This document shows positions 33,236-43,350 of a stretch of 64,000 nucleotides of DNA, piece after piece. Under the pieces are notes generated by a model, which was given only the letters and a program-made list of their open reading frames with translations, was not told where the DNA came from and did no database searches. The position numbers and the translations under genes were made by a program. Origin of the DNA: Histomonas meleagridis 2922-C6/04-290x (lineage: Eukaryota; Protista; Parabasalia); contig JAANOX010000202.1 of the NCBI GenBank assembly GCA_020184695.1, positions 1 to 64,000 of the forward strand, given 5' to 3'. Numbering within the stretch: position 1 is the stretch's first letter; each line of letters opens with the position of its first letter.

Positions 33236-33730
33236 TTGATTATTTGTTATTTATAGAATATTTTTGACGGTTATTCGGGAGCGTTTATTATTGACTCAAA
33301 AAGTCAATATAATCAGTGAAAACAAAACATTTACATCAAGTGAAAACTTTAGAGTGAAGCAAGAGGATGTATTAATATTTACGAGAAAATAATTTACATT
33401 GAGATTGAATCGATTAAGTTTTCGATGTTCATATATTTATATTGATACAAATTGGATTTATCTTGGCGTTTAATTGAATTTATTGTTTCAGATGTCGAAT
33501 GTTCAACAATTCAATAATTAAATCAAAAGTAATCGTTTTTTCGTTGAATCATTCAATCAGATCTGTCAATTTTCTGTATTTACTTCACATGACCATTTCA
33601 CTGTACAATAAAAAAATGCATTTCTTGACTTTGTGTATTTTAATTTATGTGTTTACAGTGTGATAGCTTATCAATATAAATTTCAAATTTTATTTAACAT
33701 TTCTGCCAAGGAAGCTATAAAAACATCAAT

Positions 33731-34225
33731 TTATCTTAATAAATAAAAATATGAAACGAGAAAATCGATAAGAAGTAGAGAGGGGGGAAAATTAAATAAA
33801 TATATATATATATGGATGTATTGTGAAATATATATAAGGATAAAGATTAAAAATATAAAATCAACAAAAAATATTGAGTAATAATGTTGACTTATTAAAG
33901 TTAAAACATGAACAAAAATCATCAAAAACATATAAAACAAAACCACTTGTACAATAAAAGAGTGATAAAAATATATGTATGGATAATAAAAAATGATAAA
34001 AAATAAGAAAAATGATCCAAACACATGTTGAAGGAGAATAATGAAATAATAAAAAATAAAAAACAAAAATAGATACACACCTAAGTATTTCATATAAAGC
34101 CAATTGCAAATCATGACAATGAAATTTAATTGTGCATGCACAGAAATTTTAGTGAAAAAGAATTTTTTTTCAATGTTCATTATATTGTTCTTTCCTTGGG
34201 TCTGGAGTCCAGACTCTGGACCCAT
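33731..34225 (-). CDS. Possible multi-pass membrane protein (F/I/L/Y-rich), orphan
   Basis: 164-aa ORF with strong strand T-bias, divergent from the gene starting at 34255. May be a chance ORF. Confidence 0.35.
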   Translation of the reverse strand: MGPESGLQTQGKNNIMNIEKKFFFTKISVHAQLNFIVMICNWLYMKYLGVYLFLFFIFYYFIILLQHVFGSFFLFFIIFYYPYIYFYHSFIVQVVLFYMFLMIFVHVLTLISQHYYSIFFVDFIFLIFILIYISQYIHIYIYLFNFPPSLLLIDFLVSYFYLLR

Positions 34226-34254
34226 AAAGAAGCCGTTTATTTTTGGTCAATCAA

Positions 34255-34674
34255 ATGAGTCATCACCATCCAAAATTAGAAATTGTGGAATCTGAAGAAA
34301 AACCTAAAGAACAGGAAGAACCAGAGGAAGCACAAAATAACGAAGAAGAAAAAAAGCCAAAACAAAAGAAAAAGAAGAGGAATTTGCGTCTTGGAAATTC
34401 TAAAGAAGATCTTCAATATGCAGATTCTATTGAGAAACTTCTTCAACTAAGCAGAGAAGCATTTGATAAGACACAACAAAAACGAGTTGTTTCAAGAATT
34501 AGAGATGAAGAAAGAAGTATTAAACAGAAAGAACGCGAGAAGAACAAAGCTAATAAAAAGCTAGCAAGACAAGAGCAAAAGGAAGAAAGGAAGAACAAGA
34601 TAAAAGAAATGGCGGCAAAAACCGTCAATGAAAAAAAGCAAAGAATTCAAAAAGAACAAAAAGCAAAAAAATAA
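34255..34674 (+). CDS. Lys/Glu-rich coiled-coil hypothetical protein (possibly nucleolar)
   Basis: Open frame with basic clusters KQKKKKR. ATG at 34255, M3-like AGCCGTTT upstream. Confidence 0.7.
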   Translation: MSHHHPKLEIVESEEKPKEQEEPEEAQNNEEEKKPKQKKKKRNLRLGNSKEDLQYADSIEKLLQLSREAFDKTQQKRVVSRIRDEERSIKQKEREKNKANKKLARQEQKEERKNKIKEMAAKTVNEKKQRIQKEQKAKK

Positions 34675-34829
34675 ATAGATCAAAATGTAATGGTTCACTT
34701 TCTATGTAATACCTTTATGAAAGTCAGTAAAATATTAAATATTACAAATTTAGTACGTTTTACTTAAATTACGACCGTTTATTTAACGTTCTACTTCAAA
34801 AATACGTTTAATTTTAAGCCGTCAATTAA

Positions 34830-35279
34830 TTGATGAGCGAAGAGAGATTGTTTTCCCCTGAAGTTCGTGAAAATTTTAAAAATGCTTTTGACGCTTTTGA
34901 TGATGATCGTGATGACCTTGTCAGTACTGATGAATTAGGAAAATTACTTCGTGCCGTAGGATTTAATCCACTTCCAGAAGAAGTTGAAGATATGATTGAA
35001 GACATAAATGCTCCAACCTTTGATTATAACTCATTTATGTATATTGTTTCAAGACACGCACGTGAAGCTGATCCTGAACAAGAATTAATCGATTCATTTC
35101 GTGTATTTGATAAAGATGGCTCAGGAAAACTCAAGACAGAAACCATACGTAAAATTTTACGAAGCCTCAAGCAACCATTCACAGAAGATCAAATTAACGA
35201 ATTACTTGGTCAAGCAACGATTGACAAGAATGACTGTATCAAATATGATGACTTTGCCAGGCTTATGCTTGATTTTTGA
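34830..35279 (+). CDS. Calmodulin/centrin-like EF-hand protein
   Basis: FDAFDDDRDDLVSTDEL, LLRAVGFNP, FRVFDKDGSGKL...IR. Confidence 0.88.
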   Translation: MMSEERLFSPEVRENFKNAFDAFDDDRDDLVSTDELGKLLRAVGFNPLPEEVEDMIEDINAPTFDYNSFMYIVSRHAREADPEQELIDSFRVFDKDGSGKLKTETIRKILRSLKQPFTEDQINELLGQATIDKNDCIKYDDFARLMLDF

Positions 35280-35506
35280 TCAAAATAAACAAACCCATTT
35301 ATAATCAAATTAATTTCGAAATTAATTTTTAATTAAGAAACAACTATAATCAACAATTTAATTGCCATCAAAGCATTCATTTTATACTAAAAACATTTAA
35401 AAGAAATAATATTATACTTAACGGTCGTCGCATCAAATTCATAGAATACTCAAATTTTAGTTATGTCTTAAAATATTATTATTTTTTTGATTCAACCATG
35501 GAATCT

Positions 35507-38500
35507 TTAATGGTAAAGTGAGTTTTCATCGATCCATTCAATCTTGACGTATTTATCAAGTTTGAATCTTGTATTATCATCCTTATACATCACTGGTATT
35601 TGTGCTGATATTAACTTATCCATTTCAGCGAATGCTTCCTCACCAATATCCACAGCACTAATTGGCACGAAAAGCTCCTTGAATCTTGTATGGAAGAAAG
35701 CTCTTTTTCCAATACTTTTAATTCCAGAAGGTAAATTCGCTCTAGCCAAACTTGTACATTCTTCGAAAACTGAACTTCCTATTGATTCTAAAGTTGAAGG
35801 TATATTAATACGAGTTAAACTTGTACATTCTTGGAAAGTTGAATCATTAATTCTCTTCAATTTATTCGGGAGACTAACGGCTTCTAATTTAATACAACCA
35901 GCGAATACATATTTACCAATTTCTTCGACAGTATTTGGAATATCTATTTCTTTTAATGCTGTACAATTTGAAAACGCGAAATCACAAATTCGTTTACAAG
36001 ATTTCGGTATTTGAACTCTTTGGAAATCAGTACGTTCTACGAATTGCATTTCTTTGATTTCGACTGTACCAGGTACTATTACAAGAGTTGCATAACAATT
36101 CATTGGGAACTTCAAGAAACCTGTGTCAGGTATTGAAGAAGGGAAATATACTTCTTTCATAGCCAAACATTTATGGAATGCATAATCAAGTTCACATACA
36201 GTTGATGGTATGATAAGTTTTGGAAGACTTTTACATAATGAAAACGCGTCTTTTAATATTTGTTTAATACCTTCTGCTATTTGTACATCGACGAGTTTAA
36301 CGCAATTATAAAATGTCTCAACATTAATAGCTGTTAATTTCTCGGGTATGTTAATCTTTTGAAGATTAATACAATTCTTAAATGCTTGTTGACCGATGTA
36401 ATTAACAGATGAAGGAATATGCATTTCTGTAATACTTTTACAAGATTCGAATGCTTTCATACCAATTCGTTCAATACCTTCGAATAATTCGATTGATTTT
36501 AATGCTACACAACCTTCAAATGCACTTTCATCTATAACTTTAATTAATGGTGATAATTTAATTGATTGTAAACTAATACAACTTTTGAATATTTGACATC
36601 CAATTGATGTAATATTTGATGGTAATATAATATTTGTTAATTTCTTACAATTCTTAAATGTTTGATGACCAATTTCAAGAATTGATTCAGGGATAATAAT
36701 ATCCGAAAGATTTTCACAATTATCAAAGACTTTACTTTCAAGTTTAGTTAATTGATTAGATAATGTAATATTTGTTAAGTTAATACAATCAGAGAATGAT
36801 GATAAACCCATAGTTATTAATGTATTTGGTAAGACAATTGTATTTAATTTAATACAACCTAAGAATGAACATTCACCAATAGATTTAAGTCCATTTGGTA
36901 ATTCAATATTAGTTAACTCAATACATTTCTCAAATGAATGATCACCTATAGATTCTATTGAAGTAGGCATATTAAATATTGATAATTTAATACATTCGAA
37001 AAATGCTAAATTACCGATAAATGTAATACAATTCGGAAGTTGAACTTCATTTAATGAAATACAATTAGCAAATGTATAATCTTCAATTCGTTTGATATTT
37101 GGAGGAATAATTACTTTAATTAATGATTTACATTCATGAAATACATCACTACCAATAATTTCGACGCTTTCAGGTATAACAATTTCTTGTAAGTTTTCAC
37201 ATCCTGAAAATGTATATGCACTTAATTCCTTTAATTCATTAGGTAATATAATATTTGTAAATCCATTACATTCTGCAAATGCTGCAATACCAATTCTCTT
37301 TATCGTATTAGGTAATATAATATTATCCATTATAGTACAGCCTTGGAAAGCAAATTCACAAATTTCAGTAATATTTGGTAATTTAATTGCTTTAAGTTTC
37401 GAACACATTGAAAATGAATATTTCCCAATACGTATTATATTATCAGGTAAATTAACTTCTGCTAAACTTATACAATTCTCAAATAAATGATCATCAATTT
37501 CAGTAACTTTTTCAGGCACATTAAAACTTAAAAGATTTGTACATTGAGCAAATGCAAATTTTTCAATTTTCTCTATTGATGAAGTTAATTGGATTTCCTT
37601 TAAATGATTACATCCATAAAATGCACATTGTTTAATTTCAGTTACACTTTCAGGTAATATAACTTTCACTATATCGACTCTATCTTGGAATTGATTTTCT
37701 TCAATAACTTTTGTACCATTAATTACAATTAAATTAACTACAGTATTTTGATGAAATACGTCATCACCCATTTCAACAACAGAAGAAGGAATATCAATTG
37801 ACTTAAGTGCAATACAATCTTTAAATGCTTTATGTCCAATTAATTTAACACTTTCGGGAATATTAATCGATTCTAACATTACGCAACCTTCGAAAGCAGA
37901 ATCACAAATCATTGTAATTGTTGATGGTAATTCGATAACTTTAATTGACGTACATTTCTTAAATGCCAAATATCCAATAGTAGTAACAGTATTTGGAATT
38001 ACTACTTTTTGTAGTTTAGAATATCCTATAAATGCTCGTAGCCCAATAGTTTTAACATTCTCTGGTACACGAGCATAAGTAATTAAATCTTTACCATTTA
38101 CAAATCGTTCTTCAAGTTCATCACCTTCTGCTATAATAATTTGTTCAACTAAACATGTTTCATCGAATGCTGTTTCCCCAATAGAAACAACACTCGTCGG
38201 TAATATTAAGTTACCTAATGATGGACAATTACTAAATGCTCCTTTACCAATGTTCGTTGTCGAGTTTGGAATATTAATACTCGACAACTTCAAACATCCC
38301 TTAAAAGCATAATCGCCAAACTTAACTACTGCCTCTGGGATCTTCATCTCGACGATATTCTCACAACCAGAAAATGCCAAATTACCAATCGATGTAAGTG
38401 ATTCGGGAAGTTGTACACTCTGTAAGTTAACGCAGCCTTCGAATGCACTGTTAAGGATTTGTTTAACCATCGATGGGATTTCGATGGTAGTGATCGACTT

Positions 38501-39214
38501 ACATCCATAACAAAGACGTGGACTGATCTTATCGAGACGCGTCGGAAATGTGATCCCTTCGAGACTTTCGCAGCGTGCAAATGCCCCGTCACTAAGCGTT
38601 GAACATGTCAATGGGATTTTGATTGATTTGACATTGACACATCCCGCAAATGCTTCGCGACATATCTGACTGATGTTTAGCGGAAGTTCGATTTTGTATA
38701 ATTCCTTGCGGTCTTTGAATTGATTTGCTTGGATTGATTTGATCTCATCTGGAAAGACAAGATCGAACTCAATGCCTTCGGGAAATGCGTTCGCGCCGAT
38801 CTTTGTGACCGTTGATGGGATTTTGACCTTCTTAAGACTGGTGCAACCGAAGAATGCATTCTCCGCTATCTCGGTTACGCCGATTGGTATATCGACAGAA
38901 TGTAATTTGGTGCACATGTAGAACGCGTTTGGGCCAATGTATTGTAGAGTTGGCTCCATGCTTTTGGAGACGATAAATGCCTCCAAATTTGTGCAGCCGG
39001 AAAATGCATTCGCATTGACTTTGATAACTGTCTGCGGAATCTTCGCATGCGTTATTTCGAGATTATCACGGAACTGTCCTTCGCTAACTAATTTCGCGCC
39101 ATATGGAACGATATTCGAAATTGTCTTGACTTCTTCCTTCGGCAGGTCTGGTTGTTGTGGTGCGTCCGTTGTCTCTGTCTCTGCTTTCGGTTGGGTTTCT
39201 TCTTGTTCGGACAT
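35507..39214 (-). CDS. BspA-like TpLRR (LRR_5) protein with many ~23-aa repeats
   Basis: Repeats of the form LxxIxIPxxVxxIGxxAFxxC throughout. Likely ATG at 39214 (MSEQEETQ). Confidence 0.92.
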   Translation of the reverse strand: MSEQEETQPKAETETTDAPQQPDLPKEEVKTISNIVPYGAKLVSEGQFRDNLEITHAKIPQTVIKVNANAFSGCTNLEAFIVSKSMEPTLQYIGPNAFYMCTKLHSVDIPIGVTEIAENAFFGCTSLKKVKIPSTVTKIGANAFPEGIEFDLVFPDEIKSIQANQFKDRKELYKIELPLNISQICREAFAGCVNVKSIKIPLTCSTLSDGAFARCESLEGITFPTRLDKISPRLCYGCKSITTIEIPSMVKQILNSAFEGCVNLQSVQLPESLTSIGNLAFSGCENIVEMKIPEAVVKFGDYAFKGCLKLSSINIPNSTTNIGKGAFSNCPSLGNLILPTSVVSIGETAFDETCLVEQIIIAEGDELEERFVNGKDLITYARVPENVKTIGLRAFIGYSKLQKVVIPNTVTTIGYLAFKKCTSIKVIELPSTITMICDSAFEGCVMLESINIPESVKLIGHKAFKDCIALKSIDIPSSVVEMGDDVFHQNTVVNLIVINGTKVIEENQFQDRVDIVKVILPESVTEIKQCAFYGCNHLKEIQLTSSIEKIEKFAFAQCTNLLSFNVPEKVTEIDDHLFENCISLAEVNLPDNIIRIGKYSFSMCSKLKAIKLPNITEICEFAFQGCTIMDNIILPNTIKRIGIAAFAECNGFTNIILPNELKELSAYTFSGCENLQEIVIPESVEIIGSDVFHECKSLIKVIIPPNIKRIEDYTFANCISLNEVQLPNCITFIGNLAFFECIKLSIFNMPTSIESIGDHSFEKCIELTNIELPNGLKSIGECSFLGCIKLNTIVLPNTLITMGLSSFSDCINLTNITLSNQLTKLESKVFDNCENLSDIIIPESILEIGHQTFKNCKKLTNIILPSNITSIGCQIFKSCISLQSIKLSPLIKVIDESAFEGCVALKSIELFEGIERIGMKAFESCKSITEMHIPSSVNYIGQQAFKNCINLQKINIPEKLTAINVETFYNCVKLVDVQIAEGIKQILKDAFSLCKSLPKLIIPSTVCELDYAFHKCLAMKEVYFPSSIPDTGFLKFPMNCYATLVIVPGTVEIKEMQFVERTDFQRVQIPKSCKRICDFAFSNCTALKEIDIPNTVEEIGKYVFAGCIKLEAVSLPNKLKRINDSTFQECTSLTRINIPSTLESIGSSVFEECTSLARANLPSGIKSIGKRAFFHTRFKELFVPISAVDIGEEAFAEMDKLISAQIPVMYKDDNTRFKLDKYVKIEWIDENSLYH

Positions 39215-39706
39215 TTGCAAAAAATCAATAAATGTTTTCAATGGTTTACAAAAAGAACGATTATCGGCAATTTAACACCATTCATTGAATGTAACTAAAA
39301 AACATTTTTTGGATGTTAAAACATTTTATATTTACATTTAATGATATCACTGCCGACGCCCTTTTGCTGACAAATGTTTTTATATGTAAAAGTTGAAATG
39401 TACGAAAACAAATTTCAAATTAAATTTACGTAAATATTTGTTGAGTTTGCAACGTTATAAAACAGAAATTAATTGTTTAATTGTTTGATGTTATTAAGAA
39501 TCATTAAGAATAACATTAAAATATGAATTGTTTATGATGTTATTTTTGATGAACCAGAAAAACGATCAGAATCTAAAGAAAAAGTCGTGTGGACTTTGGC
39601 AAATGTCAATAACAGAAAAATGTATTCAAAAGTTGAGCATTCAAAATCTTTAACCGATGGCATTTACATTGGTTTTGACCGATAACCGTTGACCACTTTG
39701 TCCATT

Positions 39707-39943
39707 ATGTCCGAGCTAACAGAAACCTCAGTAAACAGGAAATACTCAAAATCTACATACACAACAGACCCAGAGGTTATTGGTAGGAGCTTGGAAAGAC
39801 CTTCAAGACCCTCAATTGTGGGGCAAATGAGCAGATCAACATTCGCTCCAAGACAGTTCTGTCGTACTTTCATTGTCCATGAAAAATCGGTCGAAACAAC
39901 AATTGTGAGCTCTATGGGAGCTCAACGGGAAATTTTCGCATAG
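39707..39943 (+). CDS. Small S/T-rich orphan protein (78 aa)
   Basis: GC-richer open frame in AT-rich context. M3-like AACCGTTG at 39684, then ATG 39707. Confidence 0.55.
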   Translation: MSELTETSVNRKYSKSTYTTDPEVIGRSLERPSRPSIVGQMSRSTFAPRQFCRTFIVHEKSVETTIVSSMGAQREIFA

Positions 39944-40458
39944 ATGTTTGTCATTTTAGTAAATTTTTCTATATGATACTTTCATTTTGTATACATAATG
40001 TATTAGCATGCAATGGTGTGTATTTTTAAGGGGATTAATTATTGAGGAAAAAAATGTTTGTCAAATTTATCTTTTTTGGTCAAAAATAATGCGAATTAGC
40101 TTCTGTCCGTACAATACCAAGATCATCTTGAGCTTGTCAATAGCTTTGTTGTTGATAGATCTTTATTCAATAGCATTTCATCTGATGATTAAATTTTTTA
40201 TGTATGCGTGTAATTTGTTCTATTTTGAATTGCTGGTATCCTGCGTGTCGTTTAGTAAATCAAAATTGCTTTGTAAGTCTGAAACTAATGAACAATATCC
40301 TGAAATGAATTTCTAAACGTCAAATGAAAAGTGTCAATTGTATTTAACGGCCGATGACTGAATATTATTTATCGTTTTCACCAAAGACATGTGATGTGAT
40401 AATATTGGGAATTAACGGTCTACAATTAATCTCATAAAAATCAATTTGACGATTCTTT

Positions 40459-42735
40459 ATGAGCGATTTTTCTCAATTTCTATCACAAATTAAGCAACTC
40501 GAAGATAATGTTGTAATTCCAATAAATGTCAATGCTACAAAACATACAGGAATTGGAGGATTTTCAGATCAAGCAAGTATAATAGAAGCTTTTGATAGTT
40601 CATCATTTTTTATTGGTGGTACATTAGGACAATTCCGACCAACTAAGTCTGATCTTGGTGTTTTTTTAGAAACAATCACACCAAAGGAAGGATCATCAAT
40701 TCCAATGGATACTAAGCCAATTAAATTATCTCTTAATACGGGAATATCGATATCATTCTATAAGCATCAAAAGCCAGATATTTCTTTTGATTTTCCATCA
40801 AATGAATCATTAAAACAAATCACAATTTCACCGGATTCAAAACCATCTTTATCAGATACGATTGCAACAGCAAAATCAAACACATTAATTGTACTCAAAC
40901 CAGGTAATTATAAAGGACCATTTACTATTTCTAAAAATATATCCATCAAATCAGATGGAAATGCATTTTTCAAATCTGACACAGAAAGTTTCGTTATTGA
41001 TGGCGGTGCCATTCAAATTGACGGAATACAAATTAACGGAGGAACATTTGTCGTTAATTCAGGAAATGTTCAAATCCGTAATTCTAAGTTTTCATCAACT
41101 CTTTCTGTACAAAACAAAGGCGTTGTTAGTTGCATCAATACCACATTTACCAATAACTCTAAAAATTGTATTAATGTTACAGATGAAGCATCATTACTAC
41201 TTCATCAATGTAATATTTCAGGAAGAGGCCTTTCTATAACTGATGGAATCCTTGTTGTTACAAAAAGCAAAATCGAATCAATTAATGGAACGGCATTGCA
41301 AATTGAAGGTGGAAATTGTTTTATAGAAGAAAGTTCAATTGGCGATTGTACTAAGTCTGTTATTCATTGTAGTGGTCATTCTGTTTCTACCTTCATTAAA
41401 TGTGATGTTTTTGACTCTGAAAATGAAAATTTATTAACATCAACATTAGGAGCGACCGTTAATATAAAGAATGGCACTTTTTCGGGGCACTGCAAATCGA
41501 CTGTATCATCTAATAATTCATCAGTACATTGTACAGGATTACAACTTAATAAGCCCGTAACTGTTGTTAACTCTGGGTTTTTATATTTATTAGATTGTTC
41601 ACCATTGACTATATATGTACAATCATCAAATTTATTAATGGAAAATTGTAAAGTGATAGCATCACCACTATCTGGGCTAATATCCACTGGAGAATCCAAG
41701 ATTCAAATTCAGGGTTGTACATTTTCAAATAGTTCATCTAATGGTATTGAATTATCAAAAGATACTTGTTCCTGCATATTGTCATCGCAATTTAACCAAA
41801 ACAAAGGAGCTGGAGCATTGATATCATCCAAATCTGCATTTTTCCAAAATTGCACATTTGAGGCTAATACGCTTGTAGGGTGTCAAATACGTGGTCCTGA
41901 AGCGCAGCCCATGTTTATCAATTGTAATTTTACGGAGAATTTGTCTTCCGGAATTACATCATTAGATGGGTCCACCCCATTATTTAACCATTGTTTATTA
42001 CGTCAAAACGAACAATATGGCGCAGTTTCATCCAATTCATCGCCCACTTTTAATAATTGTGAGTTTGGCATCAATCATGGAATTGGGTTTGACATCTCTA
42101 ACTCATCCACTCCACAGCTTAACTCATGTAGCTTTGACTCTAACTCAAGTTTTGCCATCCATTTAACTGGCTCAAACACGAAATCGCAATTTACGAAATG
42201 CACATTTTCGAAACATATTTCAAGTTCGTCACTGATTTTAGACGACAAATCGATTGGTGTTTTCATTGACTGTACATTTTTCCAAAGTGGTCAATGTCAT
42301 GCTGAAATACGTAACGAAGCTAAAGGTCAATTTAATCGATGTACAATATCTGAATCCAATGGCGGAATCGGAATATTTGCGCATGATAAAGGCGTAACAG
42401 AAATCGATAATTGTCGGATACATAACGAAAATAAAACAGCAGTCTTCGCAGGGGAGAAAAGCGAAGTTATCATTGTCAAGTCCGAAATTTTCGACTGCGG
42501 AATTTGCGGAGTGTTCACTGACATCAACTCGAAAAGTGTAATACAAAGTAACGTAATTCGTAACAACGGAGGAACGGGAATACATGTCGAAGGGGGAGAA
42601 ACGAAAATAGATGACAACCAAATAGAACATCATAGCGAGTTCGGAGTGTATGCAACGAGCGTGGCAAGAATTCTGTCGAATGAGAATAATAAATTTAGCG
42701 AAAATGTAAAAGGAGATACGCAAATAGGTGAATAA
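40459..42735 (+). CDS. Right-handed parallel beta-helix (PbH1) repeat protein
   Basis: LKPGNYK, then repeated ...NC.F..N...G motifs over 600 aa. Confidence 0.85.
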   Translation: MSDFSQFLSQIKQLEDNVVIPINVNATKHTGIGGFSDQASIIEAFDSSSFFIGGTLGQFRPTKSDLGVFLETITPKEGSSIPMDTKPIKLSLNTGISISFYKHQKPDISFDFPSNESLKQITISPDSKPSLSDTIATAKSNTLIVLKPGNYKGPFTISKNISIKSDGNAFFKSDTESFVIDGGAIQIDGIQINGGTFVVNSGNVQIRNSKFSSTLSVQNKGVVSCINTTFTNNSKNCINVTDEASLLLHQCNISGRGLSITDGILVVTKSKIESINGTALQIEGGNCFIEESSIGDCTKSVIHCSGHSVSTFIKCDVFDSENENLLTSTLGATVNIKNGTFSGHCKSTVSSNNSSVHCTGLQLNKPVTVVNSGFLYLLDCSPLTIYVQSSNLLMENCKVIASPLSGLISTGESKIQIQGCTFSNSSSNGIELSKDTCSCILSSQFNQNKGAGALISSKSAFFQNCTFEANTLVGCQIRGPEAQPMFINCNFTENLSSGITSLDGSTPLFNHCLLRQNEQYGAVSSNSSPTFNNCEFGINHGIGFDISNSSTPQLNSCSFDSNSSFAIHLTGSNTKSQFTKCTFSKHISSSSLILDDKSIGVFIDCTFFQSGQCHAEIRNEAKGQFNRCTISESNGGIGIFAHDKGVTEIDNCRIHNENKTAVFAGEKSEVIIVKSEIFDCGICGVFTDINSKSVIQSNVIRNNGGTGIHVEGGETKIDDNQIEHHSEFGVYATSVARILSNENNKFSENVKGDTQIGE

Positions 42736-43350
42736 ATCATGTTTAGGTGATTGTGGTTGTGGTTTATTATTAATGATCTTTGGAATTGGAATTTGGATGT
42801 GTTTTAGTATTTGCTTATAAAATATGAATTTAGATGATTTTGATATTTCATTTGTACATATTTAAATATATTTATTACATGGCAATTAAAATGATATATA
42901 TTTGCATTTAAAATTTAATTGATGATGTTTTATTAAGTATCTTGAAAATTAGCATTTTGAATTAGAATATGCTTTAATCTTTTTTCTAGGAACACTATAG
43001 ATATTTCTATTGTGTAAAGTGTATATCGTAAAACATTTTTTTTTTTTTTTTATAAAATAAGAAAATTGTTTCATTCATAGCTTACCCATGCTTTTTAATG
43101 AAAATATTCACTAAAATCATATTCTCTAATAATTACCAGGTATTCATTTAATATTAAAAAATTTAGTAAATCTTAAATTTTTAATTTTTTGTTAATACAT
43201 TAAATGATAACTGTAATCATTTTTATTTAGTGATTTATCATAAGTTTTTGTTTAAATATTTGTTTTAATGTTTAATTTTAAATGTTTTGGATTTTACATA
43301 TGTAACAAATTAAACAAAAAAATTTAAAAATATTTACATATTACATTTTA

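Noticed and set aside
35544-36014. 156-aa ORF antisense to BspA
   Set aside because: Shadow of repetitive LRR codons.
35507-39214. Regular ~69-nt periodicity as a possible array or CRISPR-like structure
   Set aside because: Fully explained by protein-level 23-aa LRR repeats; no identical DNA repeats with spacers.
40008-40316. 102-aa ORF between the small gene and the beta-helix gene
   Set aside because: No motif, and both strands look like decayed or intergenic sequence.
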